From NCBI GenBank assembly GCA_965644315.1, contig CBFFRQ010000067.1, positions 744,001 through 808,000 of the forward strand: a stretch of DNA of 64,000 nucleotides, read 5' to 3'. The stretch comes from Caecitellus pseudoparvulus. Taxonomy: Eukaryota; Protista; Bigyra: Bicosoecida. How positions within the stretch are numbered: the stretch's first letter is position 1; the number at the start of each line of letters is the position of its first letter. Below are positions 12,001 through 21,565 of this stretch, piece after piece. Both the position numbers and the translations under genes were made by a program. Below the pieces are notes generated by a model that was not told the origin of the DNA, searched no databases, and saw only the letters and a program-made list of their open reading frames with translations.

Positions 12001-13975
12001 GGGCCGGCGGCTGACAGAGAATGCCCAAGCAATTGTACAGTGGATGGCACAAGCTTGGATGTCTCGGTGAAGGTGGGCATTCCTCCGTGAACGGTGAAGA
12101 TAGGGTCATAACTGAGAAGTCCGCGTGAAGCTCCCATTGATAAAAACAAGACAGCTCCTCTCGTCCCTTGCGGGCCGGGCAAAGTCGAGGCTCCTACAGC
12201 AAGGTCCGGGAATCCGTCTCCATCCATGTCTGGAACGCTTGCGACGGATGACCCGAACTGGTTGCAAGACGGCATTTCTGGGTACTGAACTTGCACGCCC
12301 TTGATGGTTTCTGAGGCTTCGTGTGGGAGCACAGAGATATTCCCGGTAATGTGCAGCACAAAAACGGAGCAGGAATTCAACCCTGGCGCTCCAACTGCCA
12401 CACTTGTCGTGGCGCCTCCTCTCTCGCTCGTCGGCAGACGAGCAAGCGACGTCCCGAACTCTGCGTTCGAAGCAACATGGTTCCCGGCGTCGTCAAACGA
12501 AGTGAGCAACTCCTTGCTTGCAAGGACTTGGCCATTGAGTCTCAGCAGCAGCATGATCACAGTCCCAACTCTCTCACCCCCGTGCATCCAATTCGGGGCG
12601 CCCACGATTAGGTCTGCAATGCCATCTCCGTTGACGTCCCCGGCAGGGGCGAGCGAGCGCCCTGCCCTGTCACTTGAAGTGGCGTTTGTGTACAATGGAG
12701 TTGGGTTTAACATGTTGATGCGCACTGAGTGCAGAGGGCGATTTCCCACAGAGAGAAACACGAGGCTCACTTCAGATGAAGTCATCGTGTAGTTTGAAAT
12801 GGCAAGGTCGGGCCCCCACGAACCGTCCAAGTTGTCCAACCACGCAAGACTCGCACCAAACCCATTCCCTGGCTGCGCTTCCGCAGGCACCACTTCACCT
12901 TGGCTGCCAAGTGCGATACCTGGTTCGTCCCATGACGCCATGGGCGCGTAATGCAGAGTGGTGGGCAGCAGCCATGGGCCAGCGGGCTGCATCCCAAGCA
13001 TACCAGACAGCACGAAAGAGACGGTGCTGGAATTCCCGAGCCTTCCCACCGAACCGCTCAGGCCCAATTCTGAGTACCCTGCCTTCGAACCCGGAATGAC
13101 CGTCGAGGGCATGCCTTGGTTCGCAAGGCTGGCACGCGAAAGCAGCAGCCCCGCTGTCGGGCTGCTGAAATTGCGTTCGAAGTTTAGCAGAAGCAAGCTG
13201 CCGTTGTGCATACCAGGCACACCATAGCCAGTGCAACCCACAATGAGTGAGGGCACCTCAGATCCATCCATCGCGCCGACGAGGGCCAAGCTCTCCCCCA
13301 TACGAGCACCTGGAGGCATGAATGCCAGCTGAGGATGGGTTGACGAAAGAAGAACGCTTCCGTGGCTCGACCCATCAGTCGAATTCAGCAGCAAAATGAG
13401 CACTGCGCCTGCTCCAGCCATTCCGCCGTAGTCTGGCACACCTGCAGCCAGATCAGGCGTGCCATCGCCGTCGAAGTCGGGCACACCACTGACGCTCGTG
13501 CCAAGCTTCTCACTTCCCAGAGGCAATCGTGGGTCATCGCCGGTGGTCATGTATGAGCCACTGGGAGTGCCATTTGACTGCAGAGTGACCACTAGCACGG
13601 CGCCTTGCGGGGCATAGTTCGGCATCGCAATAACTGCGTCAGGCACGCCATCCACATTGACGTCGCCCAGTCCGCTTACATCTGCGCCAGCTCGTGATGA
13701 GGAATATGTTGGCATACCAAAAGTGCCCGAACGCAGCTCGACAGTAAAGAACAGCCCCTGCGGGCCAAGTGAGGCGATCACTGCCCCATCGAAGCTCGGG
13801 CCAGACGCGCCGATGATGAGGTCACCGTATCCGTTGCCGTCAATGTCGCCCAAGCTCGCGACGGACCGACCGAATCGCACCGACGCATCGTAGTCAGAAG
13901 CCAGGTCGAAGTCATAGCTGCCATGCAAGCTCCCTTCAGCGTCCATGAGGAACACCTGCACCAGCCCGTGATCTG
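3024..13975 (-). CDS. Giant FG-GAP/integrin-alpha beta-propeller membrane protein, paralog B, 3' portion downstream of the piggyBac insertion
   Basis: ORF 3024..13961 has many FG...GD(V/I)NGDG.PD(L/I).VGAP repeats, Ser/Pro/Thr linkers, a beta-rich stalk, Cys-rich CxxC repeats (CTPCAAGTF, CVRCGEGGFS, CSACPLGAVC, CAAGHEGELCASC) and several hydrophobic TM segments. It joins in frame to 17621-20528 once the transposon is removed. Confidence 0.9.
9960..10440 (-). repeat. Ser/Pro/Thr-rich mucin-like linker (SPSTSASASASPS..., includes (GAGGCT)n) between propeller blocks
   Basis: Low-complexity SPS/TPS repeats in the translation. A second, shorter linker lies at about 7290-7400. Confidence 0.8.
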
Positions 13976-13979
13976 TTAA

Positions 13980-13993
13980 CCTCCTGGGGACTC
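13980..13993 (+). repeat. piggyBac left terminal inverted repeat
   Basis: CCTCCTGGGGACTC directly after TTAA; exact reverse complement of 17607-17620. Confidence 0.95.
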
Positions 13994-13998
13994 ATGTC

Positions 13999-14029
13999 CA
14001 AATTTGGCAGCTCTCGCCTGCCAAATTTG
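13999..14029. repeat. Subterminal perfect hairpin in the left end of the piggyBac
   Basis: CAAATTTGGCAG (13999-14010), a 7-nt loop, then CTGCCAAATTTG (14018-14029). Confidence 0.85.
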
Positions 14030-14195
14030 AGGCGCGATGTCTATTCAATGAGGAATGCATTTGACCATGTGTCACACACCCCAATTAAAAGGATTCAGTA
14101 CTCACCGTCGATTGAGTCAAGTCCCTTTTCAGCTCGCTTCACATCTTTCGCACCTGCGCGACGGGTGGTGCTCACATCTCAGCACCCTGCGGAAA

Positions 14196-16898
14196 ATGGC
14201 AGCTGCAAACAAGACGCTGCTCGTCTTGTCTCCTGGACAAGCTGAAGCACACCAACAGCTCTTTTTGGCTTCTTCCGATGACTGGGACACTGATGCATGC
14301 AAGAAGGAGCTGTTTGTGGGTCTGACAGTAGGTGTGTGGTCAGACAGCCGTCTTGTGGTTGCGTGGGTGGGATTTGAAAGTTTGGAAATGACTTGGGGGG
14401 ACGTGGACCCCACCAATGAGTGGGCAGACGGCGCGAGAATCGACGCTGATGCCCTCACAATGGTCCAGAGGGACATAGTTCACTCCTCGTGGAGTAAAGC
14501 CGTGGAGTTCGTCCGTGGAGAGGCGCAAGAGCTGCCTGGAACAGAGGTGGTGGCAGGGTCTGTAGAAGCAGTTCAGCTGGCCATTGCGGGACGTCCAACG
14601 CAGAAGGCTATGGCGAGCCGTAAACGCACAAGGCAAGACGGAGACGAAGCGGACGAAGACTATGAGAACCACAGCGACCTCGACAGCGAAGAAGAGATGG
14701 GGGCAGGAGCGACATCGACTGTTGGTGCGCAGTCAACTCCTGCGCTTCATGCTCCGGTGGCTCAACACGCCAATCCGCGCCAATTGGCCCCTGTGCATGC
14801 CCAACGCAAGATGGTAAGCAGTAATCGCAAGCTACAGAGTCCTCCTGATCCACACGATCCATCAACATACTCTTACGTAGCATGTACGCCTGGCGTACGA
14901 AGCCAGGCGACTCCAACCACAGACACTGCCTTCACCCCTGGACCAATCACGGCGCGAGGCAGACAGTACGGTATCAAGGACGCCATTCAATTGTTCCTGT
15001 ACGCAACGATCAACGTAGGTGGCTACGGTCGTCCGCATACTTGGGGGGAAGATGCACGTGAACGTGAAGTCCAGCTGCTACCGTGGTTGGCAGAGCTGGC
15101 GGACGAAGCCAGGGAGGAGCAGCTTCAGCGCGGTGTTTGGAAAGGACAAGACTGGCTGCGCTACGCGAGCCACCCCATCACAGCACGAGAACTGGAGGTA
15201 TACTGGGGCATATCATTGCTGATGGACACCAAAGACATCGGTGGCAGTATGAAAGCGTACTGGAGCAGGGCAGATGGCGTCATGCAGGTTAGATGCAGTG
15301 GCATGCCTCGCACGCGATGGGCAATCATCCGCCTGTGTCTGCGCGGATACAGCATTCGTCAGAGACAGGAGGCCCGTGACACTAGCAACACGACCAGCAA
15401 AGAGTACAGATCAGCCACATCCTTGCCACTGGAACTTGCTTTCAACCAAATGATGCCGCCGCTGTGGGAGATGTCCGAGTTCATGGCCGTCGACGAAAAC
15501 ATGTCAGTCTGCACGTCGTCTCTCTGTCCCTACAAGGTACGCATGCCCCTCAAGCCGGTAAAGATGGGTATAAAGACGTTCTTCGTCACTGACAGTCGCC
15601 AGCGATTCACCCCGCGGATCGCATTTTACAATGGGCAGCTTCTGTGGGACAGGCTAAAGGCTCTGCGGGGCTTTGAACATCACACAACCAGCATTGCGGC
15701 ACTATTGCACTACCTAGCAGGCCCTTTCATGCGCCCCAAAGGAAGCACGCGAGATCGGGTGTGTGTTGTCGACAATTGGTTCACCTCTGCAAAGATCTTG
15801 ACGAGTTTGTCGGCCGTGAAGGCGCCAGGACCGGTGCGAATCTTGGGCACCCTCCGTGCCAACAGCCGCCCGCTAGCAGTGAAAGACGCCATGGAGGCGT
15901 TGAAAAGGGACAAGAAGAGCACCACAAGAAGTACACCGTGCTTGGGTTTCTTTCCCATCACGAAGACCCCCCGTGGGCAGCTGTGGATAGATGCCACTAC
16001 TGTACCAGGCTGCCCTGCGGTGTTTGAGCCAGGAATCAGCAACCGTCTATCTATCTTCGTTCTCTGCGACCCACAGCCCTTCTCACTCATTACCAACAGT
16101 AGTCGATATAGTGCCTGGCATGGAAGTCGTGACATCCTGACAAAGCAGCCCGATGGCTCCGTACAGGCCATGAAGGGGCATGAAGCGCTCCGAGACTACC
16201 GCAAGAGCTACGGAGGGGTGGATCGCATGGACGCAGCTCTCGGGACGTACTGCCGCAACACACGTTGCGGAAAGTGGCCCCTACGCTTCTACAACCTAGT
16301 GATGTCACTTGTTTTCCAAAACATGGTCACGTGGCTGGACGCGTTGCCGCAGGCCGCTTCTTCGGTGCAGAGAAGCAGTCGGCTCTCCATCCTGAAGTGC
16401 CTCGCCATGGCACTCATCTACGGTGGAGACGAACCAAGCGCAACTCAAGAGACATACAGTAATCGCCTTGAGGGTGTTCTGATGAGGGACATAGAGGCCT
16501 TACAGGCCGGCTTTCGGGTGCGCATGCAGGAGGCAAGAGGGGGACGTGCGCCGTCTCCCCGGCCCGCGAGCCCACTGCAGCAAGCCATGGCATCGCCAGT
16601 GCTAAAACGAGCATTGCAAGCTGCTCTGGACCCCGCTATGCGCACTGCAGTGAAGCATAAAAAGAGCCCGGGACCATCGAAGTGCAAGCAACCGCGGTGG
16701 AGTAACTCCTTCAGTGTGCGTGGTGTTGGGGAGAAGCTATTCATTAGCATCACTAGGGGTACAGGGCAGGATGCAGTAGCACCACCTCAAATGCGTTGTG
16801 GAGAGCAGGACTGCAAGAAGAGGTCATCATCAATGTGCATGACCTGTGAGGCGGTGGTGTGTGTCGCATGCATGGCAGAGCATGGCTGCGTGAAGTGA
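14196..16898 (+). CDS. piggyBac (PGBD/DDE_Tnp_1_7-type) transposase, 900 aa
   Basis: Motifs MAVDENM (D at 15492), KPVKMGIK, VVDNWFTS (D at 15771), GTLRAN, YGGVDRMD (D at 16221) and KWPLRFY, plus a C-terminal Cys-rich domain RCGEQDCKKRSSSMCMTCEAVVCVACMAEH. The likely start is ATG 14196 (MAAANK); an in-frame ATG also exists at 14055. Confidence 0.95.
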   Translation: MAAANKTLLVLSPGQAEAHQQLFLASSDDWDTDACKKELFVGLTVGVWSDSRLVVAWVGFESLEMTWGDVDPTNEWADGARIDADALTMVQRDIVHSSWSKAVEFVRGEAQELPGTEVVAGSVEAVQLAIAGRPTQKAMASRKRTRQDGDEADEDYENHSDLDSEEEMGAGATSTVGAQSTPALHAPVAQHANPRQLAPVHAQRKMVSSNRKLQSPPDPHDPSTYSYVACTPGVRSQATPTTDTAFTPGPITARGRQYGIKDAIQLFLYATINVGGYGRPHTWGEDAREREVQLLPWLAELADEAREEQLQRGVWKGQDWLRYASHPITARELEVYWGISLLMDTKDIGGSMKAYWSRADGVMQVRCSGMPRTRWAIIRLCLRGYSIRQRQEARDTSNTTSKEYRSATSLPLELAFNQMMPPLWEMSEFMAVDENMSVCTSSLCPYKVRMPLKPVKMGIKTFFVTDSRQRFTPRIAFYNGQLLWDRLKALRGFEHHTTSIAALLHYLAGPFMRPKGSTRDRVCVVDNWFTSAKILTSLSAVKAPGPVRILGTLRANSRPLAVKDAMEALKRDKKSTTRSTPCLGFFPITKTPRGQLWIDATTVPGCPAVFEPGISNRLSIFVLCDPQPFSLITNSSRYSAWHGSRDILTKQPDGSVQAMKGHEALRDYRKSYGGVDRMDAALGTYCRNTRCGKWPLRFYNLVMSLVFQNMVTWLDALPQAASSVQRSSRLSILKCLAMALIYGGDEPSATQETYSNRLEGVLMRDIEALQAGFRVRMQEARGGRAPSPRPASPLQQAMASPVLKRALQAALDPAMRTAVKHKKSPGPSKCKQPRWSNSFSVRGVGEKLFISITRGTGQDAVAPPQMRCGEQDCKKRSSSMCMTCEAVVCVACMAEHGCVK

Positions 16899-17043
16899 GT
16901 GCAGTTGAATTGTGGAGGAAGGACACCATCACCCACGGCACGCGCTGGGATCAGTATCACCGAATACATCAGGGAATGCACGCAAGCTTGATATCGCACC
17001 CACCGCTTTCTTCCAGTTGCCCACCCCACCCTCAGGTGCTCCC

Positions 17044-17442
17044 CTATGTACGCGAGTGGTGGTGATTCTGGCACGGCACAAAGGACAGGAAGGAATTGCA
17101 ATTTGGATATACACTCACCTCGACTTCAACATCTGGAAATGCCGCGCGCACAGCCGCCACGAGCTCCTCTGGCAGGTCAGTGCGTGCCTTGCAGCCAGTC
17201 AACCCCGCCAGGGCTGTGTAGGCACCAAACCTGTGACTTGCCGGACAGTCCACATACTTTCGTCCAGCACGCTTAGTGCGTTCCTTGGCGACCGCAGGGG
17301 CACTTGACAGGGCTTCGTCTAGGATATCCTCTGCGCAGCGTCGGGAGTCAGGCAGTTTGGTCAGCTGCAGGCGGTATGGAAGACAGGGTGGTGAGCGGAA
17401 ATCGAAATGCACTCCTACCAAGCGCCTTTGCACCCAGCCCAT
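17044..17442 (-). CDS. Transposon accessory ORF2, KolX/P2X7-ballast-like small protein (about 97 aa if spliced)
   Basis: Lies inside the element, convergent to the transposase. Predicted exons are 17442-17419, 17364-17119 and 17067-17044. The predicted introns are in frame: GTAGGA...CTCAC...CTGCAG (54 nt) and GTGAGT...pyrimidine tract...CCAG (51 nt). Core sequence: HRFGAYTALAGLTGCKARTDLPEELVAAVRAAFPD. Confidence 0.6.
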   Translation of the reverse strand: MGWVQRRLVGVHFDFRSPPCLPYRLQLTKLPDSRRCAEDILDEALSSAPAVAKERTKRAGRKYVDCPASHRFGAYTALAGLTGCKARTDLPEELVAAVRAAFPDVEVEVSVYPNCNSFLSFVPCQNHHHSRT

Positions 17443-17606
17443 TGAAGACCATATCGGCCGGCAAGCTGGTTGTGTTTGAAGAAGCCATGTCGATCGGTCT
17501 TGGGTTCCTCCCTGAGCGTGATTACTATGTGAATTATGAATTATGAATTTGTAACAGAGCTCAGTGTGCGAGAAGCTCAACAGATCCTCAAATCCTCCTG
17601 AGAGCC

Positions 17607-17620
17607 GAGTCCCCAGGAGG
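17607..17620 (-). repeat. piggyBac right terminal inverted repeat
   Basis: GAGTCCCCAGGAGG directly before TTAA. Confidence 0.95.
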
Positions 17621-20528
17621 TTAAATTGCCCTGGGTAAAGAGAGGGCAGCCAACAGCAAAAATAGACAAGCCAGTCTCGGCGGGCCAATGCTGGGAAACA
17701 GCTGTGCCCTGGCCACATCCACTGCCTGGCGGAACATGCCTCAATCCAATCGTGGAAGTGTTGATGCGAGCATGGTCGTAGCGGTCTCCCGTGTACAGCC
17801 TCTGGGGCTGTGAGGCTTGAAGGTTTGTGTCAAGCAGCCACAGCTCGGGTTCGATCGCGTGTGGACGAACGGAGGTCAGCAGGTGCATGCGAGTTTGAGC
17901 GGAATCGGGAAACGCCAGCATGCTTCCGGCAAAAGAGTCGTTAGTGCCTGAGAATCCAACTAATCCGCGATCAGCACCGGAAATAACACGAGCAGCCTTC
18001 ACAACCACGTGTGTTCCAACTGCGTCAATGTTCACGTCGAGAATGAAGACTACACCTGCTCCAGGAAAAGCTGAGTTGTTGCGAGGGGCAGACACCGCAA
18101 TGGGCAAGTGGATCGTCCAGTTCTGGGGAGGCAGGACTGCTACAGCGCTGCCGAATCCGCAGTCTGGGGTGAGTACAGTGGCCAGAAGAAGCGTCGTGTG
18201 GGACATCTGCTTGGCTGACGACACTGCTAACGACCCAGGCGTGATGAAGAGCAACAACAAGAGTTCTTTGACACCAACCTCAGTTTGCACGGTGGACAAG
18301 ATCAAATGCTCAGGAGATCCTTGGAAACCAAGCGAGTGCAGCGAAGACCCAAGCCTGCTGTTCTGGCCACCGGCCGGAACGTTTGCATGTGACGTATCGT
18401 TGAACAAGTTCAGAGTGGGGGAAACCCATGATCCGCCTGAGCCCGGTCGCAAGAACACGAGGCAGCCCCGCTCGGCATCGTTATCAACAGTACAGCCAGG
18501 CATGGAGATTGCAAGGCCAGGAAACGCACCTGCGGTTGCTTCCATGGCCGCGATGCCCGTGCCGAACCGGCCTTGATCTACAAATGGCACTCGAGGGGTC
18601 ACTGAGCTCAGCGTCCGGTTGGACAGCTCCGCAGAAGCGTTGACACTGCCTGTGTCAGTCAAGTACAGTACATAGACAACGCCGACCCCGGCCTGGCCGT
18701 CGTCTCCACCTCGGTTTGGAGCTCCGACCGCGAGGTCGCCCACTCCATCCATGTTCCAATCCGCACTCGCCAAGGAACTCCCCCACCCGTCATCCGCATT
18801 CGGGCGCAGGGTTATGGCATCGAACGTGATGTTTGCGAAGAGCTCCGCCGTTGGGCCTCCTCCTTCAACCCCATCGCGTAGCCGGATGAGCATGACGAAC
18901 GCACCCTCCTCAGAGTAGCCAGGCAAACCAACTGCCACAAGCGGAGGGCCAAAGGGGCGAACTTCCATGTGAATGTTCGCAAGTGCAGTCCCTGGCCGCG
19001 AAAGGGCGGGCCAGCTCTGTGAGCCTCCCTCTGCCAAAGAAGTGCCAGTGATGGGATGCACACGGCGGACAAAATCATCTCCCCAGCCGGTGGTGAGCGG
19101 GGAGTCCTGCACGGAAGGCGACAGCGTCGTATTTGCGAGGTACATGCCACCAGCATCAGGAAGACTCCCGCCACCTAGCAGTCCGCGTGCGCCGAACAAC
19201 AGCTGCATGCCGCCCGCCCCGGGAATCGGTTGTTGCAGTGCCAAAATGCTGCTCCCGAACCCAGCACCAGAAGGGACCCCAGCGCCCTGGCAGTCAAGTG
19301 GGCTGAAGGAGGAGATCTTTCGGATAGTACCCCACTTCCCCAACAGGACAGTGTGCACGGTGTGGCTGGAAAAGCTGGGGGCCCCCGACAAGAGGTCCGG
19401 CACGCCATCGCCATCCACATCCCCCGCCGGCGCCAGCGTGTCCCCGAACAACCCTGTGATGTTTGGCAAGGAGAGCCCAAGATCTGCAGAGTCTAGGATT
19501 CGGTAGTGGGCAATGTGCAAGTCTGTGGTGAGGAACAGCAGCACCACTCCACCATTCGGCGCAGTCTGCTGCCCATCCACACCAACCGCCAAATCAACCA
19601 CCGAGTCTCCGTTGACGTCGCCCAGCGCAGCCAAGGAGCGGCCGAAGCGCCAGCTCTCGTCATTTGGAAATGGAACCCCGTCACTTCCTGTGCCATTGCG
19701 CACCAAGACATCATGCCAGGGCTCGCCAGTGTTCTGGAGCAACATCAGGAGGACAGCACCTGTCCCTGCGCCAGGCGCTGTGCCAGCCAAGTCAGGCACT
19801 CCGTCCCCATTCACGTCCCCCAGAGCAGCAAGATCTGAGGGGAACAATCCCGTGAATGAAGGTAAGTTGGGGGTGGATGAGACCTGCTTCTGGGAAGCAA
19901 CTGTCCCGTCCGGTCTAAGAAAGAAAAAGTACAGGTGGCTGGAGCTGGATGTCTCGTTTCCTGGGGCGCCCACGGCTAGGTCGGGGGTACCATGCTTATC
20001 CCCGTCCAAGTTCCCCATGCTGGCCAGGCTAGCACCGAACAGGGCGTTGGCAGCAGGGGGTGGCGAGGGGCTGATCACCTCGGTGAGTTGGGTGTACCCA
20101 ACCGGCGACGATGCGTTGGAGAACCAGAGGTACACAATCCCAGAGCCGGAGTCCACACCAGGCGCACCAACAGCGAAATCCAGAATGAAGTCACCGTTGC
20201 GCCATCCCAGGTAGGCAACAGAGGAGCCCAGCCTGCTGTGTGCCACAGGCGAGCTCGTCAAGTTTGCGCCTGGACGGAGTGCGGTCCAGCGCGTAATGTC
20301 CGCGCATGTAAGCTCTCCGACACCTGGACCGAGAGCAGGCGCACTCAAGGCGCGAGCATGGTGGTCACTCTGTCCGACTGAAGCCTCTATTTCCAGCTGC
20401 TGGGTGCTGCCTGGTGCAGGGTTGGAGGTTGGAGGTAGCGGGGAGAGCGGAAGGGACGCAGGGCACACCGCGAGACACGCCAGGCAGCTCAACAACGTCA
20501 GCAGCCGCATGGGGCTTGGTGGGGGCAT
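17621..20528 (-). CDS. Giant FG-GAP protein paralog B, 5' portion upstream of the piggyBac insertion
   Basis: ATG 20528 (or 20510) gives MPPPSPMRLLTLLSCLACLAVCPA, a signal peptide, followed by FG-GAP repeats (LGDVNGDGVPDLAG, GDVDGDGVPDLLSGAP, ADWNMDGVGDLAVGAP). With the insertion present, the frame stops at 17577 inside the element. The reconstructed CDS is 2908+10952=13860 nt (4619 aa). Confidence 0.9.
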
Positions 20529-21565
20529 TGTTTGGTATGCTCGATGTTTCGAGCTGAAGCTTGCAGTGGGGCACGCCAGGGGACGGCTAGGAGACCACTC
20601 GCGGCAGCGTGGCGAGGCCAAGTTCCGCAGCACCCCGCAGCACATTCACTTGCCGGCCCGGGTCCTCCTGCCGCCTTGAACGACCACCACAGAGGGAGGA
20701 CTGACTATGATGCAGTGTGCTGCAGCCTTGCTCAGACACGTGACTCGGACTGAGCCCTTTGAGCCCGCGGCGTGCCGGTGCAATGCAGCCGCCCAACTCT
20801 GACGGCAAGCTCGCACGAGCCGCGGCAGAGCTGCAAAGCTCTACGCACGCCTGCGAGGTAAGGCGCGGCCTCCAGATGGGCAGCACCAAGAGCACAAAGT
20901 TTTGTCGCTTTGGTGCGCAGTTCAGAGATGTGGATTCAGTTTTACACCCGTCAGCACATCGTGCAAAGCGGCGGTGCAAGCTGGGCACTGGCCGCAAAAT
21001 CGCTGGCGCTGCGCATTGCGATAAAGAGACAGTCGCAGCGTACAATGAAGGGAACCTGGAGAGCTTCCGACCGGAAGTTCATTTGACCTCCCCATCGCGC
21101 CACTTCTTCCGGTGGATCGCCCAGCACCGCTGGCAGAGCGTGGAACCTGCAGGTGGTTCGGCAAGGGCTTCGCTCCTGCGGCGTTTCTCGGCTCAAAGAA
21201 TGCTCTCTCAACGCAAGGCAAAGGTGCCTGAGCAAGAACACTCAGTTTGGGGAAAGGAAAGGGGTAGATTTCAGTCCCCGCAGCAGGCGCATGAGGTCAG
21301 ACGTGCCTCCTCGACGAGGCTAGGGGGCGCAAGGTGTGCTTCGGCAAGTGGTTGCCTTCGTTTGTCGGCGCCGCTCGTCCCCCTTGCAAGCGCGACGCGT
21401 GCACACGAAACAGCCTTCCACACTCAAACACTCAAGCAGTATACAGCAAGCTAGCAGGGTTTACTCTCACTTCTTTCCAAGTTGCCTGCACAGCAGCTCG
21501 CTGAGCTTTCAGCACTCCTACACCGAAACCCTGCCCGTTTCGCCTGCGTTTCAACCCACTCCACC

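Larger units (their letters stand above)
13980..17620 (+). mobile_element. Full-length piggyBac-superfamily DNA transposon (3641 bp)
   Basis: TTAA at 13976-13979 and 17621-17624. Perfect 14-bp TIRs CCTCCTGGGGACTC (13980-13993) and GAGTCCCCAGGAGG (17607-17620). Encodes an intact piggyBac transposase, and excision restores the host ORF. Confidence 0.97.

Noticed and set aside
14055-14195. Upstream in-frame ATG extending the transposase to 947 aa
   Set aside because: It lies in the AT-richer subterminal/promoter zone and encodes nothing protein-like. ATG 14196 (AAAATGG) is preferred, though not proven.
13980-17620. Idea that the piggyBac is spliced out of the host mRNA as an introner-like intron
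   Set aside because: On the host (minus) strand the element begins CCTCC, with no GT/GC donor at the boundary. A CAG lies 4 nt from the far end, but I found no matching frame-restoring donor.
13980-17620. Classifying the element as Kolobok because of the TTAA TSD and KolX-like ORF
   Set aside because: The transposase motifs (VDE, DNWFTS, GGVD, C-terminal Cys-rich domain) and CC-starting TIRs are piggyBac-type.
20759-21454. 231-aa plus-strand ORF upstream of the FG-GAP gene
   Set aside because: Non-ATG start, Arg/Ser-rich and no motifs. More likely divergent promoter/UTR sequence.
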